Shown here: in pieces, positions 19,052-28,348 of the stretch
How the letters are laid out: every line of letters begins with the position of its first letter
Numbering within the stretch: the first letter of the stretch is position 1
NCBI GenBank assembly: GCA_903924405.1
Contig: CAIYBH010000471.1
Location: forward strand, 152-64,151
Source of the DNA: an uncultured Planctomycetaceae bacterium
Lineage (GTDB): Bacteria > Planctomycetota > Planctomycetia > Planctomycetales > Planctomycetaceae
Reading direction: 5' to 3'
Length of the DNA: 64,000 nucleotides
The notes under the pieces: generated by a model
Told to the model about the DNA's origin: nothing
Seen by the model: the letters and a program-made list of their open reading frames with translations, nothing else
Databases searched by the model: none
Translations under genes and position numbers: made by a program

Positions 19052-22000
19052 CCAGCAGGCCTGGAGACGCCAACACCTGGTGTCTCAGCCATTTGGTACG
19101 GAAATCAAGCCCCGGAATGACCCGGGAGCACCGTTCCGAATCACGATGCGGAACTCGCGGTTTTTCGACATACATCAGGGACGAGACGAACATGGTTTTG
19201 GTGCGCTGCTCTTTGCTGATGCTGGCCCTGATGGGCTGGTTCAGTCTGATTGCTCGGAACGCGTGCGATGTGTTCTCGACCGACTCGATCCAGGTTACAG
19301 GCTTGCGAGCCGACGAGACCGACTTTCGCTGGCGGACATCAAGGCCACGAGACGATCGGGAGAGTTCGCCTCCGGAGGCATTACGGTCGGAATCTCGCAG
19401 GGAAGCTAATTCGGTTTCCGACGAGCTCACGGCACGACATCGCCGCCCTGCGGACCTGACCGTCGAATCCGTTCCGAAGCCTGCCGTCACCGACTCAGGA
19501 GAGCGGCAACAGACAGCGGACTCACAGGCTGTACGACCAGTTGAGCTGAAGACGAGGACCCCCGGCGACAATCGAGGAAACCGGCAACAGTTGCCTTCCG
19601 ACTCCACCGAGGGCGTTGTGCACATTTCCGCGACTCGCAAGACGCAAACACCCTGGCAGTCGGCGCAGCAGATCCATGTCAAAAGTCAGGGCTGTGTGAC
19701 CTGCCACCAGGGAGCTCATGACCCACACTTCAGCGATGTGGTCCGCCTGGGCTGTACCGACTGCCACGGAGGTGATGCGACAACCACGGATAAGACCCGC
19801 GCACATATTCATCCGCGAAATCGCGAGGTATTCGTGAACTCTGGAAATCCGGTCCGTTCTTACACGGCACTGAATCACGAGGATCCCGCCTTCATTCGAT
19901 TCATGAACCCGGGCGATCTTCGGATTGCTCACCTGAGCTGCGGGACAACGGGTTGTCATGATCAGGAGCACCAGCAGGTTCGAAACAGCATGATGACACA
20001 CGGCTGCATGCTGTGGGGGGCCGCCTTGTACAACAATGGTTCGGTCTCTCAAAAGTGGTCTCGCTACGGAGAAAGTTACAGTATGCACGGGGAACCGCAA
20101 CGTTTGCTGACAATCCCTGCTCCTACGGCGGAGGACACCGAGCGGCGGGGCATCCTTGCATCTCTGGAACCGCTGCCGCGATTTGAAGTCACCGAGCCGG
20201 GAAATCTCCTGAGGGTTTTCGAACGCGGTGGACGCTTTTCTTCAGAGATCGGAATACCCGAGCGATTCGAGGAGTCCGGACGGCCGAGGACACGGGCCAG
20301 CCAGCGAGGGCCGGGAACAGGAACCCGCACCGATCCCGTCTTTCTCGGTCTGCAGAAAACCCGGCTGCTGGATCCCACGCTTAACTTTCTCGGCACCAGC
20401 GATCATCCGGGGGATTATCGCTCCAGTGGCTGTACCGCGTGCCACATGATCTATGCCAACGACCGCTCGCCGATTCACTCCGGTCCGTATTCCCGTTACG
20501 GAAATCGTGGTACTGCGGCATCGATTCCCGATGCGTTGACGGGCCCACCGGATCCGATGATTCCCCGCAATGAACCGGGGCATCCGATAACGCATCGATT
20601 TACATCAGCAATTCCCACCAGTCAGTGTATTGTCTGTCATATGCATCCGGGGACCTCTGTGATGAACAGCTATCTGGGATACATGTGGTGGGATCTGGAA
20701 ACAGACGCCCGCTTTATGTACCCGGGGCGTGAACGCCGCTTATCGACCACCGAGCTGAATGCGGCGTCGGAATCGGATCCGAATGAGTCGGCCGCACGGG
20801 GGCGATGGTCAGATCCTGACTTTCTGCAGCGTTCCTCAGAGCTGAATGCTCAACTGCCGACCACCCAATTTGCCGATTTTCATGGCCACGGCTGGGTGTA
20901 CCAGGCAGTCTTTCGCAGAGATCGCGAGGGGCAGATTGTCGACTATTCCGGACGTCCGATTCTGCAGCCGACCGTCGAACAGCGTCAGCAGGCGATGCAG
21001 ATTCCCATCGTGGCCCGGGAAATGCAGCGTGACCGTGACTGGACGGAACCCGGCCGTGATCTACTGCAGCGGGTTCAGAGTCAGGAGGCCGAGCTGCTGG
21101 CTAAGAAAGACAATGTCCCGGTTCATATGCTGGACATACATCTGGAAAAAGGCATGCACTGTGTGGATTGTCATTTCGTGCAGGATGTGCACGGAAATGG
21201 GAAGCTGTATGGCGAGGTGCGTGCAGCAATTGAGATTCAGTGTATTGACTGCCACGGTACGGCAGACAAGCCGGCAGGACAGGTCGTTGATGGTCATCGG
21301 CAGTTGACCACCTCCGGGCCGGCCGCTGCGACGTCGGATCAGGCCACTGTGGGACGCAACCTGTCCGCGATGCGAACTCCCTTCGGACAACGACGATTCG
21401 AAAACATATCCGGGCGCGTCATTCAGAACTCTATGGTAGAACCGAACCTGAGCTGGGAAGTGCCTCAGGTGGCCGACACTCTTGATCCGGACCATCCGGA
21501 CTATAATCCTGCGGCTGCGCTCGCCAAAACTGTGCGAATGAAGGCTGACGGGCGTTTTGAGTGGGGTGATTTGCCGTCCGATCAGAGTCCCTGTGCGCAT
21601 CAGCCACGAACGATGTCGTGCATCGCCTGCCATACTTCGTGGAACCCCAGTTGTTTTGGTTGTCATCTGCCGCAGAAAGCCAATCGTCGAACACCCTCGC
21701 TGCATAACGAGGGTCATATCAGTCGCAATCATATCGCCTATAACTTTCAGACCCTGCGCGATGACGTGTTCATGCTGGCTCGGGACGGCAACGTCACGGG
21801 CAATCGGATTGGCCCGGCGCGATCGTCCTGCGCGGTGCATGTGACCTCGTTCAACAGCAATCGGGAAGCTGTTTACCTGCAGCAGCAGACCGTATCAGCA
21901 GAGGGGCTCAGTGGCACAGCCTTCAGCACCAATGTCCCACACACCGTTCGAGGTAAGGGGGAGACAAAGACATGTACCGACTGTCATCTCGCGGCAGATA

Positions 22001-23487
22001 ATGACAACAACGCTCTCATGGCTCAGTTGCTGATGCACGGCACCAACTACTTCAATTTCGTCGGGGCCAATTGCTGGGTCGCGGCCGGTAAGGATGGCCT
22101 GCATGCGATTGCTGTGACGGAACGGGATGAACCGCAGTCTGTGATCGGCAGTACTATGCATCAAACGGTCTATCCCGACCGTTATCGGGCGCATGTCGAA
22201 CGTGGTCGCACACTGTTGGATGCGGTCCGACATCCTGGCAGTGACATTGGCGAACAGTGGCTGCGTCCCGACCGACAGCACGAGGTCCTGAGTGTGCAGG
22301 TGCGGGGTGAATACTGCTACGCGGCCTGCGGCGAAGCCGGAATCCGAATCTACGACACCGCCTTTGTGGAACACAAAGGCTTCTCCCAGCGGATCACAAC
22401 TGCTCCCGTTTCACCTCTGGGGCAGCGTCTGTATGTGGAGAGCCCCTATGCCACAGATATTGCCGCGCCGGCCACGATGGCTGTCGATCCGCAGCGAACG
22501 CGTCTGTCCGAGAACCATGAGCAGGCTGTACATCCTGTGTATGGATACCTCTACGCTACAGATTTTCAGGAAGGACTGATTCTGATCGGCGCCGGGACGC
22601 TTCTGGACGGTAATCCGCTGAACAATGTGCTGAAGAAAGATCTCGTCTTTAACCCGAACGGTCTGCTCCACGGCGCTCGATCCGTCACACTCTCCGGAAC
22701 GACCGCATGGGTTTGTTGCCTTGCGGGACTGGTCAGCATTTCCCTTGACGATCCTTTGAATCCTGTGGTCAACTGTGTCCTTGGACAGGATCTGCTGCGA
22801 CACCCCGTCGCCGTGGAGATTCAGTTTCGCTACGCATTTGTTGTGGATGAAGAAGGTCTGAAGGTACTGGACATTACTGAACCGAAAACCCCAGTCCTGA
22901 AATCGCTGGTCCCCCTGAATGATGCACGAAACGTGTATGTCGCCCGAACGTATGCATACGTGTCCGGCGGTCAACAGGGACTGATCCTTGTGGATGTCCG
23001 TGATCCACTCAATCCCCGTGTGGATCAGATCTACGATGCCGCGGGCAGGATCAACGATCTTCGTGATGTCAAACTGGGGATTACCTACTCCAGTCTTTTT
23101 GCCTATCTCGCCGATGGGAGGAATGGGGTTCACGTCGTCCAGTTGACGTCTCCGGAGACCCCGGGCAACGCTGGTTTCTCCCCGCGTCCCCAGCCCACGC
23201 TCATCGCCACGTTCCCCGTCACGGGAAAAGGACGGGCTCTGTGTATTTCCGAGGGACTGGACCGGGATCGTGCGGTGGACGAAGCCGGGAACCAGATTTC
23301 GGTGTTCGGACGCGTCGGTGCCAGGCCACTGAATCTGGCCGAACAAAAGAAGCTGTACTACAGAAACGACGTAGGGCCGTGGTTTGTCACAGACCCGTTG
23401 CGAGACTGGTCGATGCGTGATCCTTCGGATCGGGAACGCCGTCTGCGGCGACAACTGGAGGACTTTTATGGCCCATCCCGACGTTGA
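19045..23487 (+). CDS. Multiheme c-type cytochrome (9 CxxCH + 1 CxxxxCH) fused to a C-terminal LVIVD-repeat beta-propeller
   Basis: Heme motifs between 19693 and 21987: CVTCH, CTDCH, CGTTGCH, CTACH, CIVCH, CVDCH, CIDCH, CIACH, CFGCH, CTDCH. LVIVD-like repeats at ~22290-23170: YCYAACGEAGIRIYD, YGYLYATDFQEGLILI, TAWVCCLAGLVSISLDDPLNP, RYAFVVDEEGLKVLDITEPKTP, TYAYVSGGQQGLILVDVRDPLNP, LFAYLADGRNGVHVVQLTSPETP. The ATG at 19045 overlaps the upstream stop (ATGGTGA). An alternative ATG at 19192 gives a signal/anchor MVLVRCSLLMLALMGWFSLIARNA. Confidence 0.9.
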   Translation: MVTSRPGDANTWCLSHLVRKSSPGMTREHRSESRCGTRGFSTYIRDETNMVLVRCSLLMLALMGWFSLIARNACDVFSTDSIQVTGLRADETDFRWRTSRPRDDRESSPPEALRSESRREANSVSDELTARHRRPADLTVESVPKPAVTDSGERQQTADSQAVRPVELKTRTPGDNRGNRQQLPSDSTEGVVHISATRKTQTPWQSAQQIHVKSQGCVTCHQGAHDPHFSDVVRLGCTDCHGGDATTTDKTRAHIHPRNREVFVNSGNPVRSYTALNHEDPAFIRFMNPGDLRIAHLSCGTTGCHDQEHQQVRNSMMTHGCMLWGAALYNNGSVSQKWSRYGESYSMHGEPQRLLTIPAPTAEDTERRGILASLEPLPRFEVTEPGNLLRVFERGGRFSSEIGIPERFEESGRPRTRASQRGPGTGTRTDPVFLGLQKTRLLDPTLNFLGTSDHPGDYRSSGCTACHMIYANDRSPIHSGPYSRYGNRGTAASIPDALTGPPDPMIPRNEPGHPITHRFTSAIPTSQCIVCHMHPGTSVMNSYLGYMWWDLETDARFMYPGRERRLSTTELNAASESDPNESAARGRWSDPDFLQRSSELNAQLPTTQFADFHGHGWVYQAVFRRDREGQIVDYSGRPILQPTVEQRQQAMQIPIVAREMQRDRDWTEPGRDLLQRVQSQEAELLAKKDNVPVHMLDIHLEKGMHCVDCHFVQDVHGNGKLYGEVRAAIEIQCIDCHGTADKPAGQVVDGHRQLTTSGPAAATSDQATVGRNLSAMRTPFGQRRFENISGRVIQNSMVEPNLSWEVPQVADTLDPDHPDYNPAAALAKTVRMKADGRFEWGDLPSDQSPCAHQPRTMSCIACHTSWNPSCFGCHLPQKANRRTPSLHNEGHISRNHIAYNFQTLRDDVFMLARDGNVTGNRIGPARSSCAVHVTSFNSNREAVYLQQQTVSAEGLSGTAFSTNVPHTVRGKGETKTCTDCHLAADNDNNALMAQLLMHGTNYFNFVGANCWVAAGKDGLHAIAVTERDEPQSVIGSTMHQTVYPDRYRAHVERGRTLLDAVRHPGSDIGEQWLRPDRQHEVLSVQVRGEYCYAACGEAGIRIYDTAFVEHKGFSQRITTAPVSPLGQRLYVESPYATDIAAPATMAVDPQRTRLSENHEQAVHPVYGYLYATDFQEGLILIGAGTLLDGNPLNNVLKKDLVFNPNGLLHGARSVTLSGTTAWVCCLAGLVSISLDDPLNPVVNCVLGQDLLRHPVAVEIQFRYAFVVDEEGLKVLDITEPKTPVLKSLVPLNDARNVYVARTYAYVSGGQQGLILVDVRDPLNPRVDQIYDAAGRINDLRDVKLGITYSSLFAYLADGRNGVHVVQLTSPETPGNAGFSPRPQPTLIATFPVTGKGRALCISEGLDRDRAVDEAGNQISVFGRVGARPLNLAEQKKLYYRNDVGPWFVTDPLRDWSMRDPSDRERRLRRQLEDFYGPSRR

Positions 23488-24065
23488 CCGGCCGGGAGCT
23501 ACAACTGACGGGGCGTTGCGGAAACACCCGGCGGCTGGCGTTGCAGATCGTGTCACCACAACTGCAACGCAAGAGTGAGCCTTAGATGGCGAAACCATGG
23601 AAGAATCGGAGTTGTTTCGCGTCCCTGGATTGATCACAGAACGGTCACGGTTTCGCGTTTTCGGCAGGAAACAGCGCTGATGCTCGTTTCGTTGGGGCGA
23701 AACGCGACTGTTTGCCGGTTGAACGCCTTTTCGCCATCCCCGGATGAGCCTGGAGATTCCATCGCTTCAGAATGATCGTCAATTCCGGGCAACCCGGAAA
23801 AAAGATGGCCCCCTGGCCCGGGACTCTTTGCGTTTTCCCTGACGGCGGATTAAAACAGTGTCGCCGGTCTTTGTGGTCCTCAATCTGGCACACAAGTACA
23901 CTCCAGGCGTCTTTTCGCCTGGCATCCTGCCGCAACTTCCCCTGCAGGCTCTCTGCGGGGGGATCAACACGGTCCGGAATTCTCCGGCACGAAGGTTTCG
24001 CAGGCAAAAGAAGGTGGCCTGCCGCCTTCACCCACCCACTTCAACATGCTGCTAAGGGCTGCCCA

Positions 24066-25487
24066 ATGCCTGTCTCTTGCTCAACCCTGCCTCGCGTCGC
24101 TGGACTGCTGACTGCACTGTTTTTATCCACGACCACGCTTGCTCAGGACAGTGCCGAAAGCAAAATCAGTTACTACCGCTCTGTCAGACCGATTTTGCAG
24201 AGAAACTGTTCTGGCTGTCATTTCGGTGGAAAGAAAGAAGGCGGGCTGGTTGTCACTTCCGTTGCGGATCTGCTGCATGGCGGTGACTCGGGCGCCGCAA
24301 TTCTTGCGGGCAAGGTTGACGATAGCCCGCTGATCCAGAATGTCATTGGTGACGACCCGGAAATGCCCCTCAACGCGGATCCTCTCAAGCCTGAGCAGGT
24401 CGAACTGCTGAAAAAGTGGATCAGTCAGGGCGCCGTGGATGACACCCCAGCCTCCGTCGAACAGGTCGTGTCGCCCGAGAATCCTCCCGTCTACACGTCA
24501 CCACCGGTTGTGACCTCGCTGGACTACTCGCCGGATGGACGACTGCTGGCTGTCACTGGCTACCACGAAGTGCAGATTCATACTCTGGATGGCAGTGCGG
24601 CTCCTCGACGATTCATCGGGCGTGCACAGCGAATCGAATCCCTCGCGTTTTCCCCCAACGGTCAAATCCTTGCTGTGGCTGGAGGAACCCCGTCGCTGTT
24701 CGGTGAACTGCAGCTTTGGAATGTTGCCGACGGAAAACTCCTGCATGCTCTAACCATCGGCAACGACTCACTGTTTGGCGTCAGTTTCAATGATGATGGA
24801 ACTCTGGTGGCCTTCGGCAGTGCCGACAATCGAGTTCGCGTCGTCAGGGTGGAATCCGGTGAACAGCAGATGCGGATGGATGCCCACGCTGACTGGGTCC
24901 AGGGAACGACATTCTCACTGAAGAATGATCACGTGATCAGTGTCAGTCGGGATCGCTCGATGAAACTGTCCATTGTTTCCAACGGACAGTTCGTGGACAA
25001 CATCACCAGCATTACCCCCGGGGCTCTGAAAGGTGGCCTTGTGGATGTCCAGCGATTGCCGGCGGCTGAAGAAGTACTGGCCGCAGGAGCTGACGGCGAA
25101 CCTCGCCTCTACAAGATCTTCCGTGAGCGTGCGAGGCAGATCGGAGACGACTTCAACCTGATTCGTTCGTGGCCACGAGTGGAAGGACGCCTCACCGATC
25201 TGGACATCGCCCGATCCGGAACGCGTTTCGTGATCGGCTCCAGCACCGCTGTTTCCGGCGCTGCGCGTATCTGCATGGTGGCGGATCCCGCAAAAAATGT
25301 GGATTTGCCCGGGCTTCCATCGCCAGTGTTTGCCGTTAGCTTCCGCCCCGACGATGCACAGGTGGCGGTGGGTGGCTTCGACGGAATTGTCCGACTGTTC
25401 AATGCCGAGTCCGGGCAACTGGAGACTTCCTTCCCGGCTGCCGCGGTCACGGCCCCGGCCGCCGTAACTGCCAGTCGTGCTCCATAA
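24066..25487 (+). CDS. Secreted PSCyt1 (planctomycete cytochrome c) domain + WD40-repeat protein
   Basis: The ATG at 24066 gives MPVSCSTLPRVAGLLTALFLSTTTLAQD (signal peptide). PSCyt1: ILQRNCSGCHFGGKKEGGLVVTS...DDPEMPLN...QVELLKKWISQGA. WD40-like: LDYSPDGRLLAVTGYHEVQIHTL, LAFSPNGQILAVAGG..LQLWNVADGKLL, VSFNDDGTLVAFGSADNRVRVVRV, VSFRPDDAQVAVGGFDGIVRLFN. Confidence 0.85.
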   Translation: MPVSCSTLPRVAGLLTALFLSTTTLAQDSAESKISYYRSVRPILQRNCSGCHFGGKKEGGLVVTSVADLLHGGDSGAAILAGKVDDSPLIQNVIGDDPEMPLNADPLKPEQVELLKKWISQGAVDDTPASVEQVVSPENPPVYTSPPVVTSLDYSPDGRLLAVTGYHEVQIHTLDGSAAPRRFIGRAQRIESLAFSPNGQILAVAGGTPSLFGELQLWNVADGKLLHALTIGNDSLFGVSFNDDGTLVAFGSADNRVRVVRVESGEQQMRMDAHADWVQGTTFSLKNDHVISVSRDRSMKLSIVSNGQFVDNITSITPGALKGGLVDVQRLPAAEEVLAAGADGEPRLYKIFRERARQIGDDFNLIRSWPRVEGRLTDLDIARSGTRFVIGSSTAVSGAARICMVADPAKNVDLPGLPSPVFAVSFRPDDAQVAVGGFDGIVRLFNAESGQLETSFPAAAVTAPAAVTASRAP

Positions 25488-26866
25488 GCACCCCTCGTCA
25501 TCCATGCTGTGGCAAACAAACACGCTGCGGGGATGCCAGCAACTGTGTTGCGCAAAACGTATACCACCATCAGCTGACTTGCCTTCCATGGGTATGTCAA
25601 TCTGTTTCCAGCACTTTCAGGCGTCGCAGCATCAGGGTGTATTGCTGATCGTCAGAATTCCAGGGTGTTCGATTCTCTGAAGGTCGACACGATGGCAAAA
25701 CAGGAAGCGAGGGGCATTTTCCGCTTGATTGCGGAGGCTGTTTTGTGTGCCAGCTTCGCCGGGGATCAGCCGAGCCGCACGGTGCGTGAAAACGAAGCGC
25801 AACAATGTGCTGGTCGAATGAAATTCCGCCATCTCGAGCGATCGCTACTGCCGGGCCAGATTGCTCCTCACGTCATGATTTTCCGCTAACGGCCGGTCAC
25901 TCGGACGGGGTCATGGATTGCCCCGTTGTGCGGTTCAAACGCAATCTATCCACCTGCTGGTGACTGCGCTCACCATCTGGTGGCCCCCCGGTAACCTGAT
26001 CCCCTCATGCTTGCAGGAAACCTGCACAGTTCACCGCGACCCAGTATTCCCAATTATAGAAATCTTCCAGGTCGGAAAATCCATCCTAAACCTCTCAGAG
26101 CCCGAAAAACTCGTATCACCGTCTCAGACGCCACAAACGAATCGCGCCCACTGGCGGCATAATTCGCCAGCGATTCAATCCGGCTCAGGGGTGGCTGCCA
26201 GCATACTGCCGCAGACACGAGCGACGTTCCGGTTCAGGATTCCTGAGGAAATTTCAACGTAAATAATTGATTCAAAAGGACTTACGGCTCCTGATTGGCT
26301 GCACGTTGATTTCCAGATCTGGGCAGATAGCTCGTGCCATCAGAGATCATCTGGCTCTCTACCAGAGTCGCCGAGGCAATTGGGGGGAAGTACGTGAAAG
26401 GCCGTAGACCTGCGTTTCAGCTTTTGCCCGCAACTAGTACTTCAGCCCCTGAACTTCAAAGGTCCGCAGACCTCCCATTTCATGACAGTTGTCACGGCGT
26501 TGCAGTTGACGTATATTCCCCGAGTGTTGCGTCTCATCTTCGCAGGTTGCGAAGCGGGCAGAGTTTCTCAACGGAGCTTGACCGAGTGTTCTGAGTGATG
26601 CATGGTTGATCGACTGAAGTCTGGTCATGCCGGCTTCTGGCGACCCACCGGATCGCAAGTTGACAGACAGTTCTGAAACCTGCGTGACAAACGGTAACTA
26701 CGAGAAATTCTTCTCGTGGTCGTCTGTTGCCGCAAGACAGGTCGTCTTTCAGCAAGCGACTCAGTTGTACGGGGTGAAAGTTCCCCGGGTCGGGCAGAGC
26801 ATTGAAACGGTATCCTGCCGCATGAGGTTGGTAAGGTTGTTCGTATTGAGAAAGGTAGAGGTTGTT

Positions 26867-27328
26867 ATGAAGTCGTTGTCTGTGGTTGCATTGATGCTGT
26901 GTGGTCTGGTCCTGGGCCAGGTAAACGGACAGGAAGCTGCTCCAGCCCCAACGCCGGTTCCTGAGCACGGAACGGTCGTGGAAGCTGCTCCGGAAGCACT
27001 GTTCGAGCATGTGAAGTACAAGGACCTGCACGAAATGGCACCATGTGCAGTTCCGCGCATCATCGCAGTGAATGATCCCTGCGCCTGCGACGAACCCTGT
27101 GACTGCTGCAAGAAGTCCTGCGGCTGTGAAAAGTCCTGCGGTTGCGAAAAGACCTGCTGTGCCTGCGAAAAGAAGGTCGTCTTCATCCAGATCTGCGTTC
27201 CTGAGTGCAGCTGCGAAGAAGAAGTGATCTGCCGCCGTGACGGCGACCGCGTTCGCTACGACTTCGGCAAGTACGCTGTTGACGTTCGCGTAAAGAAGGG
27301 CCACATCGAAGTTGACTACCAGGACTGA
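26867..27328 (+). CDS. Small secreted cysteine-rich (metallothionein-like CxC/CC cluster) protein
   Basis: The ATG at 26867 is preceded by AGAGG 6 nt upstream. Signal peptide MKSLSVVALMLCGLVLGQVNGQEA. Cys cluster: DPCACDEPCDCCKKSCGCEKSCGCEKTCCACEKKVVFIQICVPECSCEEEVIC. A strong terminator follows. The longer ORF from 26627 is unconvincing. Confidence 0.75.
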   Translation: MKSLSVVALMLCGLVLGQVNGQEAAPAPTPVPEHGTVVEAAPEALFEHVKYKDLHEMAPCAVPRIIAVNDPCACDEPCDCCKKSCGCEKSCGCEKTCCACEKKVVFIQICVPECSCEEEVICRRDGDRVRYDFGKYAVDVRVKKGHIEVDYQD

Positions 27329-27371
27329 TTGTCCGGCTGTCATGCTTTGACTGATGTACTATTGATCAAGA

Positions 27372-27405
27372 GGAACGGCTGCGTAAGCTGCCGTTCCTTT
27401 TTTTT
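27372..27405 (+). terminator. Rho-independent terminator
   Basis: GGAACGGCtGC-gtaa-GCtGCCGTTCC (8+2 bp stem with one mismatch, tetraloop) followed by TTTTTTTT, 44 nt after the stop of the Cys-rich gene. Confidence 0.85.
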
Positions 27406-27692
27406 ATGCGCTGCACTACAGTCGGCCTCGGCATCAGCTGCGTTCAGTGGCCTCTGCTTCCGGCGTCTTCCGGTACAGGAACCCCGGTCGCCTCACGAGA
27501 CTTATGGAGTGGCCTGCTGAAACAATTGCAGGTCACAGAATTCGGTAGCAGGTTTGAGAATCACGTCGAAACAAGGGCCCTGCCGCGATAAACGGTGGGA
27601 TGACTTGTGCAGATTGACCGCTGTGTCAGTCCGCCAGCGACTCAGAAGTTAGCTGGCAGAAAAGCTCCTGGATCCCACAGAGAGGTACCGGT

Positions 27693-28160
27693 ATGACCCT
27701 CACATCGAGCGACGGACCAGCAAACGACTCTGCAGTGACTGCCAGTCCGACCACCGTTCCGCCCGTCGGAAAGCCTGTCGTGTTTTTCGACGGAGTCTGT
27801 GGCTTCTGCAATCACACCGTGAACTGGATCCTTAGACGCGACACTCGCGGCACGTTTCTCTTGTCACCTCTGCAGGGCAATCACGCACAACGACTGGTCC
27901 CGGCAGCCATTCGTGAAAATCTCTCCAGCGTGGTCCTGCTGATTGACGGACACTGCTACCTGCGCAGCACGGCAGTCTGCCGCATACTGATGCTGCTCGG
28001 AGGCGTCTGGAGGATGCTGGGGATTCTTCTGTGGCTGATCCCTGCTCCAATTCGGGACCTTGGCTATCGAATAATAGCTCGATTTCGGTATCGTCTGTTT
28101 GGTCGTCGGGAAGCCTGTAGAATGCCCACTCCCTCCGAACGCTCGCGGTTTCTGGACTGA
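27693..28160 (+). CDS. Thiol-disulfide oxidoreductase DCC family protein (DUF393)
   Basis: VVFFDGVCGFCNHTVNWILRRD (FDGxCxxC motif) plus C-terminal hydrophobic helices and IRDLGYRIIARFRYRLFG. Confidence 0.8.
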   Translation: MTLTSSDGPANDSAVTASPTTVPPVGKPVVFFDGVCGFCNHTVNWILRRDTRGTFLLSPLQGNHAQRLVPAAIRENLSSVVLLIDGHCYLRSTAVCRILMLLGGVWRMLGILLWLIPAPIRDLGYRIIARFRYRLFGRREACRMPTPSERSRFLD

Positions 28161-28348
28161 CTTAAGATGGCCAGCTGGAGATGACCCGCGTGGTTGGCAA
28201 CACCGCGTCCACCATGGCAAGCGGCAGACTGCAGCCGGTTACAGGTCAACGCGTGGCCGGGTGCCACCGAGTCGTCCGTCCCTATGCGGATTCATGTCGT
28301 TGCGAACGCCACCAGCCTGCAACTGTTCTCAGGCTGCCGGGTGCAGTA

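Noticed and set aside
23539-23569. 8-bp hairpin CGTTGCAG...CTGCAACG after the multiheme cytochrome gene, as a terminator
   Set aside because: It has a 15-nt loop and no downstream T-tract, so evidence is insufficient to call an intrinsic terminator.
25916-25946. tRNA-like T-loop (GGTTCAAAC) in the gene-poor region
   Set aside because: Only a local hairpin (GATTGC...GCAATC). No acceptor stem, D-arm or anticodon arm can be built around it.
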